Shown: positions 29,209 through 39,817 of the stretch, piece by piece
How positions within the stretch are numbered: position 1 is the stretch's first letter
Layout: each line of letters starts with the position of its first letter
IMG/VR virus record: IMGVR_UViG_3300025137_000038
Coordinates: 1-60,197 of that record
Direction: 5' to 3' (one strand)
Length of the DNA stretch: 60,197 nucleotides
From: a virus
Taxonomy: Duplodnaviria; Caudoviricetes
Program-made: the position numbers and the translations under genes
The notes under the pieces: generated by a model
The model's input: only the letters and a program-made list of their open reading frames with translations
Told to the model about the DNA's origin: nothing
Databases searched by the model: none

Positions 29209-30176
29209 TATACTTTAAATCCTGTAACTTCTAATTGGTCATCTGTATCTATTATACCAATATTTATCGTTAATGTTGATCCTGACACACTGAATTCAGC
29301 GGGCCTTAAAAGCATTCTATTTAAATAGATGTTAAAATGAATTGAATCGGATAAATCACTGAATGTGTAATTAACACTAGTTGTAACATTTGTTGATGCT
29401 TCACTTGTTGTTACTGTTTGTACTGCACTGTGAAATCTTGTAAAACTGTTTGTAAGAGCAACTGTGCCTGTTGCATCAGGTAATGTAATTGTTCTATCTG
29501 CTGTCGGATCTGTTACTGTAACTGTTGTTTCGTTAGAGTTACCATTTGTACCTTCAAATTTTAAATCTCCGCCTGCATTAATGTATAATCCGTTTTCGTT
29601 AATTCTTACAATGTTGTCTTGCGACCCATTGTTCATTACTGTAAATTCTAAAGTACCATCTTCTGAACCATCTGTAACATCACTGCCTTTTGCAGAAATT
29701 TTACCATATATTACAGTTTGGTCAGTGGAATTTCTTCCTTTAAATTTTAATTGTCCTAAGTAATCTGCGTTAAATGGAGAAGCACTGTTTCTATCTAATT
29801 CTATAATTGGTCCAGCGCCACTGCCGGTTTCTGTAGAAGTTAACTTTCCACCATCTGTAATTGCAGTAAATAATCCTGAAGTAATTCCTGTTAAGTTAGA
29901 ACCGTCACCATGAAATGCGTTTGCTTGTATATCTGCATAACCGCCAATAGTAACATCACCATTAGTTGTTCCATCTTCGCTAGTAGTAATTGCAACAAAC
30001 CTATCCGCAGATTCGTCCCACATTAATGCAACGTTGGTATCACTACCTCGTTCTAAAACTATACCCGCATCTTTATCATTTGATCCACTTTGTCCACTAT
30101 TTAGGCGTATTAATGGATCTGATAGACTTGTAACATCAAAGTTAACCTGAGCGGATTTAGGTCTTGTTAATGGCAT
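29208..30176 (-). CDS. Virion structural/tail fibre protein
   Basis: DAGIVLERG...WDESADRF and PTADRTITLPDATGTVAL fibre modules. Confidence 0.7.
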   Translation of the reverse strand: MPLTRPKSAQVNFDVTSLSDPLIRLNSGQSGSNDKDAGIVLERGSDTNVALMWDESADRFVAITTSEDGTTNGDVTIGGYADIQANAFHGDGSNLTGITSGLFTAITDGGKLTSTETGSGAGPIIELDRNSASPFNADYLGQLKFKGRNSTDQTVIYGKISAKGSDVTDGSEDGTLEFTVMNNGSQDNIVRINENGLYINAGGDLKFEGTNGNSNETTVTVTDPTADRTITLPDATGTVALTNSFTRFHSAVQTVTTSEASTNVTTSVNYTFSDLSDSIHFNIYLNRMLLRPAEFSVSGSTLTINIGIIDTDDQLEVTGFKV

Positions 30177-30206
30177 TTAATCACTTCCTACTTGCTTATT
30201 CTATAG

Positions 30207-30214
30207 TATTTATG
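30207..30214 (-). promoter_or_regulatory. Late promoter box CATAAATA
   Basis: Downstream of a terminator and upstream of the 322-aa gene. Confidence 0.65.
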
Positions 30215-30237
30215 CAGAAGTTATTCGACTTACTACT

Positions 30238-30266
30238 CAAAAAGAAAGGCCCCGTAGGGCCTTTCT
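30238..30266 (-). terminator. Intrinsic terminator
   Basis: 10-bp stem AGAAAGGCCC/GGGCCTTTCT, UACG loop and U-tract on the - strand. Confidence 0.9.
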
Positions 30267-30293
30267 CCGTATAAGTTTAAGTTCTAGTATGGA

Positions 30294-33275
30294 TTACATA
30301 CGTCCAACAACAACTTCAATTACGCCTTCGCCTTCTGCGTGATTTTCAAGTGCTTTACCAATAACAGAACCCATTGCAGGATTTTCTTCTGCACGAGCCA
30401 TTCCGTTACCAGCCGCTACAAGCATATCACCTTTAGCAACTGCACCAGTTACTTTACATGGAACTCTTCCTTGTAATGCAACCGCTACACCGTCAGCGTC
30501 ACTGTTCATCAAGTAAGCAGGATTAGTTGAAACAACACCAGCAACTTTCTTGTCAGCATCTGCCATACAAGTTGTTACTTCTTTGTTTCCACCAAAACAT
30601 ACTACTGTTCCTGGTTCGATGTCTGCATCTGCAGAGTACATCTCAGCCAAGTCAGCGTATTGAGCCGATGTTGCAGTACCACTAAACACACCAGTTGCAA
30701 GTGTAATACCTGAACTGTTAAATGTAGTGTGTGCCGCGTTATCAAGTGTGACAACCGCAGTACCTGTACCAGCATCTACTACTTCAATCTTACTGTCGCC
30801 TTCAGAAATACTGTCTTGTGATAAGCCAGCCAATCCTGCGTCAACGTAAGCCTTAGTAGCCGCATCTTGTGCCGATGTTGGATCTGCAACTGAGTTTAAC
30901 TGTTTAGAGTTGGCATTCATTGCCCCACCTAATGTCATACTGTAGTTACCTTTGATCTCAACGCCTGATGATGTAATACAAGCAACGTAGGCACCCGCCG
31001 CATCAAATCTAATTGTGTCGTCGTCTGCAGTTTCTTCTACTTGTATTTGTGTATCACCGTCTTGGTCAGCAATAGCGATTATAGTTGATGTAGTTGTAAG
31101 TACTCTTGCGTCAATAACATCACCAGTTGCCGGAGCCTCTGTAAATGTTAATGTTGTTCCACTTACTGCATAAGCAGTTGTTGGAATCTGTACAACACCG
31201 TTTAAAGAAACGATTGTTGTTGCAGTTGTACCTGTTACTGTTAGTGTAAATGCAACTGTACTGTCATCACCGTTGAAAGAATCAGCAGTAATTGTAGTAA
31301 AGTCAGCACCTGCGTTCCATTCAGCGCCTGTGTATACTTCGATTTGACCTGTTGTAGTGTTAAATCTAAACATACCTGCTACACCAGTACTTGGTCTTTG
31401 ACCAGTTGTACCTTTTGGTAGCATCATTGAGTCTGTTGAGTCAACAACAAAACTTGCATCAGTTACTGTACCAGTACCACCAGCAGTTAAAGTTCCTGCT
31501 ATTGTGGCATTACTGTTTCCAGTTAATGTTGTTACTGTTGCCGCCGCTGGTGTATTACCACCAATTACGCCATCAGATGGACCAACAAATCCTGTGTTTG
31601 CAGTAATTGTTGTACCTGTAACAGCCGCTGGTGTTGAACCACCAATTATGCCGTCTAAAGCACCAACAAATCCTGTGTTTGCAGTAATTGTTGTACCAGT
31701 AACAGCCGCTGGAGTTACAGAACCGATTGTACCATCGATTGTTGTACCTGCGATTGCCGCCGGAGTTGTACCACCAATAGTAACGCCGTCCATGTTTCCT
31801 GAACTTGCGTCAATATCAACAACACCGTCAACATCTAATGTTTGACCGGAGCCGATTGTAGTAGTTGTACCTGCCGCCGCAGTAAACGTTCCAACAAAAC
31901 TAGTTGCCGATAAGGCACCTGTTCCACTGTTGAAAGTCATACTTGCTGAATCGGAAAGTTCACCGTTTGCACCTGCGAATAGTACTCTTGTGTTAGTTAA
32001 GTCAGTTACACGCATACTTCCGAATGCCGCACTTCCCAAAGATCCAGTGAATACACTTGATGTATCCGTTGCATCAGGGATGAATACGAATTCAGACGCA
32101 CTTTCGTCTAAACCAAAGTAACCATTTTTAGCACTTCCGTCGTTGTGTAAGTATTTGATACCTCTATCTAAACTATCATTTGAATCAGCACCAATTTGGA
32201 ATACTGGGTCAGCAATAGTTACAACTGTTGAATCAACAGTAGTAGTTGTACCAGTTACAGTTAAACTACCTTGGATAGTAACAGTACCACCTGATCCACC
32301 TGGATTAGGGTCAATAGTTAAATCACCTGAAGTAGTTTTGATTGTGTTAGCATCAATATTAATGTTTCCTATAGTTAAACCGTTACTATCGATTTGACCT
32401 TCTGAAGCACCATCAACGTTAAATGTAATTAAGCCATTAGAACCAGTGTCTGTTACTTCAACATTAGAATTCAATTGGAATACTTTGTTGTCAGAACCTG
32501 AAACCTGTGCATCAACATAGGCTTTTGTCGCGGCGTCTTGAGCATTACTTGGATCACTAACGTTAGTAATTGAATTACTACTCATTGTGATTGTTCCATC
32601 AGCAGTTAAGTTTGTAAAAGTACCTGCCGCTGGTGTGTTACCACCAATAATACCATCAAGTGGACCACTGAAGCCAGTGTTTGCTGTAATGGTTGTACCA
32701 GTAACAGCCGCCGGTGTATTACCACCAACTACACCATCCTGTGTACCAGTTACGTTACCAGTTAAATTACCAGCAAAGTTTGTGTTTGCAGTAATTACTG
32801 TACCTGTTACTGCCGCAGGTGTGTTACCACCAATTACGCCATCAACAGTACCTGTTACGTTACCTGTTAAGTTACCTGTTGCGTCTTTGAAATGGATGTC
32901 TCCGTAAGATGCGATTGTTACGTTACCAGCAGTTGTGCCAGCGTCAGTAGTAAGCATCATTGCGAACTCATCAGCACTTTCGTCCCAAATCATTGCCGCA
33001 TTGTTTCCAGTGCCGCCTCTGTTAATGATGATACCACCATCAACGTTTCCAGCGCCGCCTGAACCCAATAGCATGAATGGATCAGCAACAGATGTGTTTG
33101 TTGTGTCAACAGTAGTGGTTGTACCATTTACTGTTAAATTACCTGAGACAGTCAGATTACTGCCATAGGTTAAATTGTTAGCCAATTTACCGGCTGTTAC
33201 GTTGGCGTCTGCTATTTTGGCAGTCGTTACCGCTGAGTCGGTTATCTGATTGGTTTTAATACGAGTTACGGCCAT
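30294..33275 (-). CDS. Long tail fibre protein with internal repeats and C-terminal autoproteolytic chaperone
   Basis: Seven DGxIGGxTPAA repeats, two DAATKAYVD motifs, AQYADLAEMY...GRVPCKV...IGKALE C-terminus. Confidence 0.8.
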   Translation of the reverse strand: MAVTRIKTNQITDSAVTTAKIADANVTAGKLANNLTYGSNLTVSGNLTVNGTTTTVDTTNTSVADPFMLLGSGGAGNVDGGIIINRGGTGNNAAMIWDESADEFAMMLTTDAGTTAGNVTIASYGDIHFKDATGNLTGNVTGTVDGVIGGNTPAAVTGTVITANTNFAGNLTGNVTGTQDGVVGGNTPAAVTGTTITANTGFSGPLDGIIGGNTPAAGTFTNLTADGTITMSSNSITNVSDPSNAQDAATKAYVDAQVSGSDNKVFQLNSNVEVTDTGSNGLITFNVDGASEGQIDSNGLTIGNINIDANTIKTTSGDLTIDPNPGGSGGTVTIQGSLTVTGTTTTVDSTVVTIADPVFQIGADSNDSLDRGIKYLHNDGSAKNGYFGLDESASEFVFIPDATDTSSVFTGSLGSAAFGSMRVTDLTNTRVLFAGANGELSDSASMTFNSGTGALSATSFVGTFTAAAGTTTTIGSGQTLDVDGVVDIDASSGNMDGVTIGGTTPAAIAGTTIDGTIGSVTPAAVTGTTITANTGFVGALDGIIGGSTPAAVTGTTITANTGFVGPSDGVIGGNTPAAATVTTLTGNSNATIAGTLTAGGTGTVTDASFVVDSTDSMMLPKGTTGQRPSTGVAGMFRFNTTTGQIEVYTGAEWNAGADFTTITADSFNGDDSTVAFTLTVTGTTATTIVSLNGVVQIPTTAYAVSGTTLTFTEAPATGDVIDARVLTTTSTIIAIADQDGDTQIQVEETADDDTIRFDAAGAYVACITSSGVEIKGNYSMTLGGAMNANSKQLNSVADPTSAQDAATKAYVDAGLAGLSQDSISEGDSKIEVVDAGTGTAVVTLDNAAHTTFNSSGITLATGVFSGTATSAQYADLAEMYSADADIEPGTVVCFGGNKEVTTCMADADKKVAGVVSTNPAYLMNSDADGVAVALQGRVPCKVTGAVAKGDMLVAAGNGMARAEENPAMGSVIGKALENHAEGEGVIEVVVGRM
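31530..32850 (-). repeat. Coding repeats DG(V/I)IGG(N/S/T)TPAA(VTGTTITANTGF), seven copies in two clusters
   Basis: Seen in the translation and as near-identical DNA copies, e.g. ccaacaaatcctgtgtttgcagtaattgttgtacc twice within 31580-31700. Confidence 0.8.
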
Positions 33276-33327
33276 AAGTGAATCACTCCTCTATTTTTAT
33301 GTCGTTTGTGTCTGGTCGGACCAATAG

Positions 33328-33335
33328 TATTTATT
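33328..33335 (-). promoter_or_regulatory. Late promoter box AATAAATA
   Basis: TAAATACTA upstream of the 993-aa fibre gene. Confidence 0.6.
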
Positions 33336-33409
33336 GGAAACTCGCATTTTTTATATGCTATGTATTGGTTTTAGGAGGATTAAAAAAATATTAATCTTAA
33401 TAGTAGTAC

Positions 33410-34678
33410 TTAATGAAAGTCTACCCAAGCACTATTTGTATAGCCTTGAAACTTGTTTGTTGTAGTATTATATATTATCATACCTGTACTAGCCGATAAG
33501 GCGTTACGTTGTGTTGTTGTCATACTTGCTAGTTGTACTGCATTATTAAATGCACTTCTACTTGTTTGTATATTAACAACTTCGGTACCAGCAGTATCAA
33601 TTCTAACTGTGTCATCGTCTGCACCTTCTTCTACTTGAATACTAGTATCACTATCAGAGTCTACAACAGATCTAATAGTAGTTACAAGTCCTAATTTTCT
33701 TACTTCAATTCTATCACTTGAAACTGGCGCCTGCGTAAATGTTAATGTTGTTCCACTAACACTATATGCCTGTGTTGGTTCTTGTACTACACCATTAAGT
33801 GTTACCATTACTGTGGCACTATCAGCCGAACTGTTTAGTGTAAAGTTTACGTCAGATCCATTTCCAGTAAATGCTTGAGTTGATATTGCTCCTGCACTAC
33901 TTCCAACTGCTACCCAATCAGTACCATCATAAACTTCTATTTTATCGCTATCATCATTAAAGCGAATCATTCCTTTTACAGGACTTCCAGGACGTTGTGC
34001 ATTTGTTCCAACTGGAACTACAAGAGCAGTATCTGTATCAATTATTACAGTTCCTGTTCCATCTACATCTAATGTTAAATCATCACCTGAGCTACTAGGA
34101 GAAATAGTATTACCTGAGAAGCCTAGTGTTCCTGTGCCTCCACCTGTACCATAAGTACCTGTGTATCTAGCACCTTCAATATAAACACTTTTACCACTAA
34201 AGTTTACACCATTAGGATAGTTGCTACCAATAAAATTTAATACGCCTGATTCGTAATCAAAGAACCATTCGTCGTTATTACCACTACCAGTAACAAAAAC
34301 TTTATTACTAATACTAGCGGCGTTGGAGGCATCACCTGCCGTATGTATATAAACATTAACAATATATGTACTTCCAAACTGTGGCGGTATCCAACCTGTT
34401 TGTCCTGTTTTCCAAGTTCTGTTTGCAGTTGCAGTATTGTCTTCTGTACACTCAATTACGTTTGCACCTTTATATACTGTAACAACACCTGAACTACTTG
34501 ACGGACTTACACCTGGAATACTAGACGAATCTCTCCAAACTCTGTCACCTCTAATTAATAGCGGTGATGGAATGGCTTCATTAGCCGCCAACTTGTTAGC
34601 ATTGGTATCTGTTTTAGTTGCACCATAACCTAACTTTTTAAATAGGTAGTCAATTTTTTGATTATCGGATATTGCCAT
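33410..34678 (-). CDS. Virion structural/baseplate-fibre protein
   Basis: VPVGTNAQRP...GMIRFN and FTGNGS...LNGVVQEP...YSVSGTTLTFT modules shared with neighbouring genes. Confidence 0.7.
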   Translation of the reverse strand: MAISDNQKIDYLFKKLGYGATKTDTNANKLAANEAIPSPLLIRGDRVWRDSSSIPGVSPSSSSGVVTVYKGANVIECTEDNTATANRTWKTGQTGWIPPQFGSTYIVNVYIHTAGDASNAASISNKVFVTGSGNNDEWFFDYESGVLNFIGSNYPNGVNFSGKSVYIEGARYTGTYGTGGGTGTLGFSGNTISPSSSGDDLTLDVDGTGTVIIDTDTALVVPVGTNAQRPGSPVKGMIRFNDDSDKIEVYDGTDWVAVGSSAGAISTQAFTGNGSDVNFTLNSSADSATVMVTLNGVVQEPTQAYSVSGTTLTFTQAPVSSDRIEVRKLGLVTTIRSVVDSDSDTSIQVEEGADDDTVRIDTAGTEVVNIQTSRSAFNNAVQLASMTTTQRNALSASTGMIIYNTTTNKFQGYTNSAWVDFH

Positions 34679-37600
34679 TAACTTGCCACTCCAATACTTA
34701 GACTAGATATACTTTGTCCACTTGTTAATGCTATTCTAACTAGTGAAACATAACCAGTTGCATTTGCCATATTTTCTGTTCCAAGTGTCATTGTATATCC
34801 GCCACTTAAACTACTACCAGTTGGAATAACGTCTGCACCTGTATAGGCACAACCGTCTGATCCGTTACCACCGTTACCAGTGTCACTACCAGGTAAACCT
34901 ACTCCACTATATTGTGTTGTACAATCTAACCAACCATTAAGTCCACTTGAACTATCAATGTTAGTGCCAGGTAGTGCAATCCATACACCTGCTACTCCTG
35001 AAGAACTTGTAATCTGTATATCATAGTTTGCAACAATATTTCTTCTAAAAGCAAAAGTAAAATATTGTGTTCCTGTATCACTACTTCTATTTGGACCTAC
35101 TGGTAAATATCCTGTACTATAATTAGAAACATCATATTTTAATGTTCCCCAACGAACTGTTGCTTCTTTTGTTCCTGCAACTGTTTTGTTTCCAGTAAAT
35201 AAATTATTTGTATAAAAATTTGTTGATCCTGAAAATGTAGGATTATTTGTTGTTGCTGATGAAAAGTCAAAAATTCTTTTTCCGTTGTCTACATAAGTTC
35301 CATCACCTAAACTATTTGAAACATCTATATCTTCTTCTTTAACCCCCGATGGAGATTCAGTATGTACTGCAACTAATGGACTAGAAACTTCAGCATAACT
35401 TCCGTTACCGTTCATATTTGTTGCTCTCAATTTGATAGTTTCTAAAGATTGAACATTACTAGAAGTTACATTAATTGTTTGTGTTCCTATTGCATAAGGT
35501 GTTCCTACACCTGTATTTGCTATAGGTATACCACCTGATAAAAATGTACTAGCGCCATCAATATTTGCATAAGTTTTATATTGTGTAGATATAGAACTAT
35601 CACTAGTTCCTTCTGAATTTGTTCCATTAGTAATAGTCAGTACTGAACTTGTATCTCTATATGCTTGTCCCACTAAATTTTCTATTGTTACACCTGTTAA
35701 TGATAATGTTGGACTTCCACTATTGTAATAAGGAATACCAGAAATGTATCTATAAGTTCCTGCTGACGCTTCTGTTAATGAAGCACTTGCAGTACTAACA
35801 GTTGGTGCACTAGTCATGTCATCTCTAACAACTGCAACGTAATTTGTATTACCAGTTGCACTATGTTCTAAACGTTGATCATTAACACCTACTGTATAAC
35901 TAGATAATGATTGAGTAATTTTAGCATCAAACGTTTGGAAAAAACCTGTTGGGTATGTACTAGAACTAATAGTATCATGTGCATCTGCTTGGTTGCTAAC
36001 AACTAAAGAAGTAAATGTTCCATTCTCATTTAATGCAGTACTAAAGGATTTGTTACCTCCATCAGCACCGTTAATTCTAGCAGTAATGGTGCCTGAGAGC
36101 CCGTTATACGCATTATCTACAACACTGGTGTCAATAGTACCACTTGTATATCTTCTAGCAGTTGTAGTAGTTAAACTATCTCCTGCACTTAAAGGATTTG
36201 ATGAACTACTATCTGTAAAGTTTGCCGCTAGTTTAGGACTTGTTCCTTGGTAACTATCTGAAAGTGTTATACTTTTACTACTTAAATTTGCTGGTGCACT
36301 AGGAATTGATCTAACTTCAAAAGTTAATCCAGTGTCTGTATCTGTTTGTGCAGTTATGTCCGGAGTTCCGTTTGCAGTAAAACTTAAATTTTTATTACCT
36401 GCACTAACACCAGTAAAGTCATGGTCTAGTGTTCCTCCAATAGAACCTGGACTTGATCCGTCTTCAGTTACAGTGTCGTTAGAACTACCATCGTTCCAAT
36501 TATAAACATAATCGTCTGCGTTTTGTGAAGTATTTGTTACTCTTACCAACGCACGGTTTATACCATTGTAATCTGTTCCGTCATAAACATCATATTGATT
36601 GTCACCACTTCTGTCACTTGTCGTAATTGCAGTTCCCGAAATATTTGCTCTAACATCTGGTTCAACGTGTACTGAAAATGTACTACTAATAAACGGACTA
36701 CTAGTATGACTACTTAATACTCTAACGTTACCTGTATAGTCTCTGGCTGTTCCGTTTGCTTGTTCACTGTTACTTAATGTGTATGTGTGATTTAATGCTA
36801 CGTTTCTATCTCCTGCAGATCCTGATCCTGCATTAACAGTAACGTTACTTGTTCCATCTCCAAATTGATATTGGTATTGGTTCCCATATGTTGCATAACT
36901 TCCTACTCCTGCTTCAGAAGTATTTGTAAGTTGAACAACGTGTCCGCTTGACGATTCTTCATTAACACCACTAACATCATCTAATGTTACAGTTGGTGTA
37001 TGTGTGTCATAAATTTTATATACATTACTTGTTGGTCCAACTGGTATAACACTTGGATCAGCAGTACTCATTGTGTTTAATGTTAACTGCACTGTAAAAC
37101 TTTGTTCTGTTTCTGTAGCAGTTGGAAAAGTGTGTGCTAGTCTGGCTCCTGATTGAGATCCTGCATCAGTGTCGTTGCTTATAACATCGTTACTGCTACC
37201 GTCTCCCCAATTCCAAGTCCATTGAACTGTTGCTCCACTTATATCTGTATTAGTTGCAGTGTTATCAAAATAAACTGTTGCCCCATCGTCCCAAGTTGTT
37301 ATTGGACTTCCACCTGATGATGCCGCATAAACATTAAATGATACTGTTGGGTTTGGACTATAAACTGTTATGTAATCTGTTCTTGTAAAACTTGCTTGGC
37401 TACCAGAACCTGCTCCACTTGTATTACTGGCTGTTACTGTAATACTATGTGGGCTATCTAAAAAATTTGAATATGTATGACTCGGACTTGTACTAGAAGT
37501 TGTTGTGTTACTTGTACTGTCTCCCCAATCAATTACATATTGGTTTGCATTTCCTGTTGCTGAAATAGATAATGTTGCAGTGTATCCTGCTCCACCTGAT

Positions 37601-38100
37601 GTAACATTTGAAGTAAATGTAACATCTTTAACAAACGTATTATTACGAATATTTTCAGTTACTTCATTTAAATCATCAATAGCATTTGTAACTTTTGTTG
37701 TACTAGTCCAGCCTAAGTATGCGCCGTCTGTTGTTAAACTTGAATCTGTCGGTGTTGCTAATTCTGTTGTCATTCCTGTAACACTGCCAGAAACTGCTGA
37801 CACATCTACCCAACTTAAAGTACCTGCACCGTCTGTTTTTAAAACATAATTATTAGTTCCTCCAGAGATAGTAATATCCGCTGGTGCTCCTAAGTCTAGT
37901 GCCCCGACTGTACTTCTAATTTGTGATGCGTTGATTGTTACGTTGTCTACTTGTAGACTTTGTGTTGGAGAGGCTGTATTGATACCTATTCTGTCGTTCG
38001 TGACATCGACATATAATAAGTTTGTATCTATACTTAAATCCGTGCCTAATCGCTCAAGATTACTCTTAAGCATAGCACCGGAAATTCTTCCAATTGCCAT
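34678..38100 (-). CDS. Large virion structural protein with PKD/Ig-like domains
   Basis: Repeated IDWGD, WNWGDG, YQFGDG and YNWNDG followed by HT(Y/F): PKD signatures; Ser/Thr-rich. Confidence 0.75.
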   Translation of the reverse strand: MAIGRISGAMLKSNLERLGTDLSIDTNLLYVDVTNDRIGINTASPTQSLQVDNVTINASQIRSTVGALDLGAPADITISGGTNNYVLKTDGAGTLSWVDVSAVSGSVTGMTTELATPTDSSLTTDGAYLGWTSTTKVTNAIDDLNEVTENIRNNTFVKDVTFTSNVTSGGAGYTATLSISATGNANQYVIDWGDSTSNTTTSSTSPSHTYSNFLDSPHSITVTASNTSGAGSGSQASFTRTDYITVYSPNPTVSFNVYAASSGGSPITTWDDGATVYFDNTATNTDISGATVQWTWNWGDGSSNDVISNDTDAGSQSGARLAHTFPTATETEQSFTVQLTLNTMSTADPSVIPVGPTSNVYKIYDTHTPTVTLDDVSGVNEESSSGHVVQLTNTSEAGVGSYATYGNQYQYQFGDGTSNVTVNAGSGSAGDRNVALNHTYTLSNSEQANGTARDYTGNVRVLSSHTSSPFISSTFSVHVEPDVRANISGTAITTSDRSGDNQYDVYDGTDYNGINRALVRVTNTSQNADDYVYNWNDGSSNDTVTEDGSSPGSIGGTLDHDFTGVSAGNKNLSFTANGTPDITAQTDTDTGLTFEVRSIPSAPANLSSKSITLSDSYQGTSPKLAANFTDSSSSNPLSAGDSLTTTTARRYTSGTIDTSVVDNAYNGLSGTITARINGADGGNKSFSTALNENGTFTSLVVSNQADAHDTISSSTYPTGFFQTFDAKITQSLSSYTVGVNDQRLEHSATGNTNYVAVVRDDMTSAPTVSTASASLTEASAGTYRYISGIPYYNSGSPTLSLTGVTIENLVGQAYRDTSSVLTITNGTNSEGTSDSSISTQYKTYANIDGASTFLSGGIPIANTGVGTPYAIGTQTINVTSSNVQSLETIKLRATNMNGNGSYAEVSSPLVAVHTESPSGVKEEDIDVSNSLGDGTYVDNGKRIFDFSSATTNNPTFSGSTNFYTNNLFTGNKTVAGTKEATVRWGTLKYDVSNYSTGYLPVGPNRSSDTGTQYFTFAFRRNIVANYDIQITSSSGVAGVWIALPGTNIDSSSGLNGWLDCTTQYSGVGLPGSDTGNGGNGSDGCAYTGADVIPTGSSLSGGYTMTLGTENMANATGYVSLVRIALTSGQSISSLSIGVAS

Positions 38101-38153
38101 GTTATATTTCTCCTACACCACTGTTCATTCCCGGGTGTGCCTGGGTATATAAC

Positions 38154-38161
38154 TATTTATG
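38154..38161 (-). promoter_or_regulatory. Late promoter box CATAAATA
   Basis: Upstream of the PKD protein; RBS AGGAG. Confidence 0.6.
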
Positions 38162-38181
38162 CTAGAGATTAAGAAAGGATA

Positions 38182-38607
38182 TTATGCAATATCTGTAGCG
38201 TCTAAGCCTTCGATTGCATAAATTCTATGTGTGTTTGGTGGTGCACTTGTGAATGTAATATCTCTGCCACTTACAGTATAAGCCGCATCTGGTTCTTGTA
38301 TTACATTACCTACAGTAACGATTACATTATTTTCATCGCTAGGTGCAGTTGTAAAGAAGTTAGAAAAAGTAGTAGTTGTACCGTCGCCAGTTACAACTGA
38401 TGTTTTTGTAATTGCGGCATTACCTGAACGTGATAAGTTTTGCCAAGCCGCACTATCATAGTACTCAACTTTACTAGTATCTGAATTAAAACGAAACTCT
38501 CCAGCAATGGGAGTTCCAGGTCTAGATGCCGTTGGGCCAGTTGCAGGTTTTGTAACCTGTGTTACTCTTTTAATGAAATTCGCTGAAGAAGAAATAAAGC
38601 CAGCCAT
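38182..38607 (-). CDS. Small virion structural protein
   Basis: GEFRFNSD...EYYD and GDGTTTTF...GNVIQEP modules. Confidence 0.7.
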   Translation of the reverse strand: MAGFISSSANFIKRVTQVTKPATGPTASRPGTPIAGEFRFNSDTSKVEYYDSAAWQNLSRSGNAAITKTSVVTGDGTTTTFSNFFTTAPSDENNVIVTVGNVIQEPDAAYTVSGRDITFTSAPPNTHRIYAIEGLDATDIA

Positions 38608-38609
38608 TA

Positions 38610-38918
38610 TTAAATACTCACGTAACTAATAGAGGCAGTAATCGCATTACTTGTTCCTGAAATTGCTTGTATAGTATCAGCATTTCCTAATACCATTTTT
38701 TCAGCATTCATAATGTAAGTATCGCCACCTGGTATTGTTAAGTCTTTAATTATTTGATTCGTTGCTCCAGCAGATCCACCACTCTGTACTACGTTAACAG
38801 ATAAAGTTGCATCTGATCCAGTTGTATTACAAAAGAATATTACTGTAATTGCAGTATTATTTGTACTTGTATACAATGTAGTTGATGTTGTTCCTACTTG
38901 TCCTTGTCCTATTGCCAT
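38610..38918 (-). CDS. Small virion structural protein
   Basis: 102-aa beta-rich ORF in the structural operon. Confidence 0.65.
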   Translation of the reverse strand: MAIGQGQVGTTSTTLYTSTNNTAITVIFFCNTTGSDATLSVNVVQSGGSAGATNQIIKDLTIPGGDTYIMNAEKMVLGNADTIQAISGTSNAITASISYVSI

Positions 38919-38927
38919 CTTGTTACC

Positions 38928-39728
38928 TTAAAATATTAATCCAAAAACTATTGCTTTTGATTTTGTTACTAACTCGTCAGTAGTATTTATGTTAGATACA
39001 TACACTCCAGAACCGCCCGAAGCAGGGGTTTTTGCATATACTTTTGTAAAGCCTGCAACACCCGTTGGGTCTGAACTTTGTTCTGTTACTTTAGTAACGT
39101 CTACTATGTTTATTTCGCCTGTGCCTGTTGTACTTAATATTAAATTCTCATCAGTAGCCTTATTGCTAACTGTATTGCCACTTATTTGTACATTTCCGTA
39201 TGATAAGTTAGTTGCCGTTGCTTCTAGTACATCAGCACCGTCAATATTAACAAAGAACTTACTAGTTCCTACACCGTCATCAAATATTTCTGCTTTAGAG
39301 TTTCCTTCGTTAATTTTATCAACTACTGCTCCTCCGCCTGATACTTGGTTGTCAACATAAGTTTTTGTTGCTAAATCATCACCGCCTACTGGAGTTGCTC
39401 CTCTAATTTTAGAAAAACTTGATCCAATTTTTACTTCAAATACGTCGGCTGTTTCATTATATGTTAGTGTAGCATTGTCTACTGTACCTCTGTCAATTTC
39501 AATACCTGAGGTTCCAGACGTTACGCCTGCTCCACTTTCGCCACTGTTTAAAACAATAACGTTATCTGCCACTGATGTATTAGTTGAAGATACAGTTGTT
39601 GTAGCACCCTGGACATTTAAGTTTCCAGTTATTGTTACTGTTTGTGTATCTAATTCAATAGAGCCCGTACTACCAGAATCTGTCGTTATCTTATAGTCAC
39701 CTAGTACTCTTTTTTCTGTATTTGCCAT
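38928..39728 (-). CDS. Virion structural/fibre protein
   Basis: ITGNLNVQGATTTV...SGIEIDRG...LATKTYVD fibre motifs. Confidence 0.7.
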   Translation of the reverse strand: MANTEKRVLGDYKITTDSGSTGSIELDTQTVTITGNLNVQGATTTVSSTNTSVADNVIVLNSGESGAGVTSGTSGIEIDRGTVDNATLTYNETADVFEVKIGSSFSKIRGATPVGGDDLATKTYVDNQVSGGGAVVDKINEGNSKAEIFDDGVGTSKFFVNIDGADVLEATATNLSYGNVQISGNTVSNKATDENLILSTTGTGEINIVDVTKVTEQSSDPTGVAGFTKVYAKTPASGGSGVYVSNINTTDELVTKSKAIVFGLIF

Positions 39729-39750
39729 GCGATTTAAACCTTATATAGTG

Positions 39751-39758
39751 TATTTAGC
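39751..39758 (-). promoter_or_regulatory. Late promoter box GCTAAATA
   Basis: Between the terminator and the 266-aa gene. Confidence 0.6.
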
Positions 39759-39772
39759 CTTTATAAACTATT

Positions 39773-39800
39773 AAGAAAAGTTGCCCCGAAGGGCAACTTT
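39773..39800 (-). terminator. Intrinsic terminator
   Basis: Stem AAAGTTGCCC/GGGCAACTTT, UUCG loop and U-rich tail on the - strand. Confidence 0.9.
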
Positions 39801-39817
39801 AATACATTTGCCTAAGA

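Noticed and set aside
28211-30670. Duplicated 34-bp segment as a DGR template/variable repeat
   Set aside because: Too short, both copies are coding, the single difference is a synonymous T/C on the coding strand, and there is no reverse transcriptase in the window.
31530-32850. Repeats as a possible CRISPR array
   Set aside because: In-frame degenerate coding repeats of a fibre protein; no constant repeat/unique spacer pattern and no cas genes.
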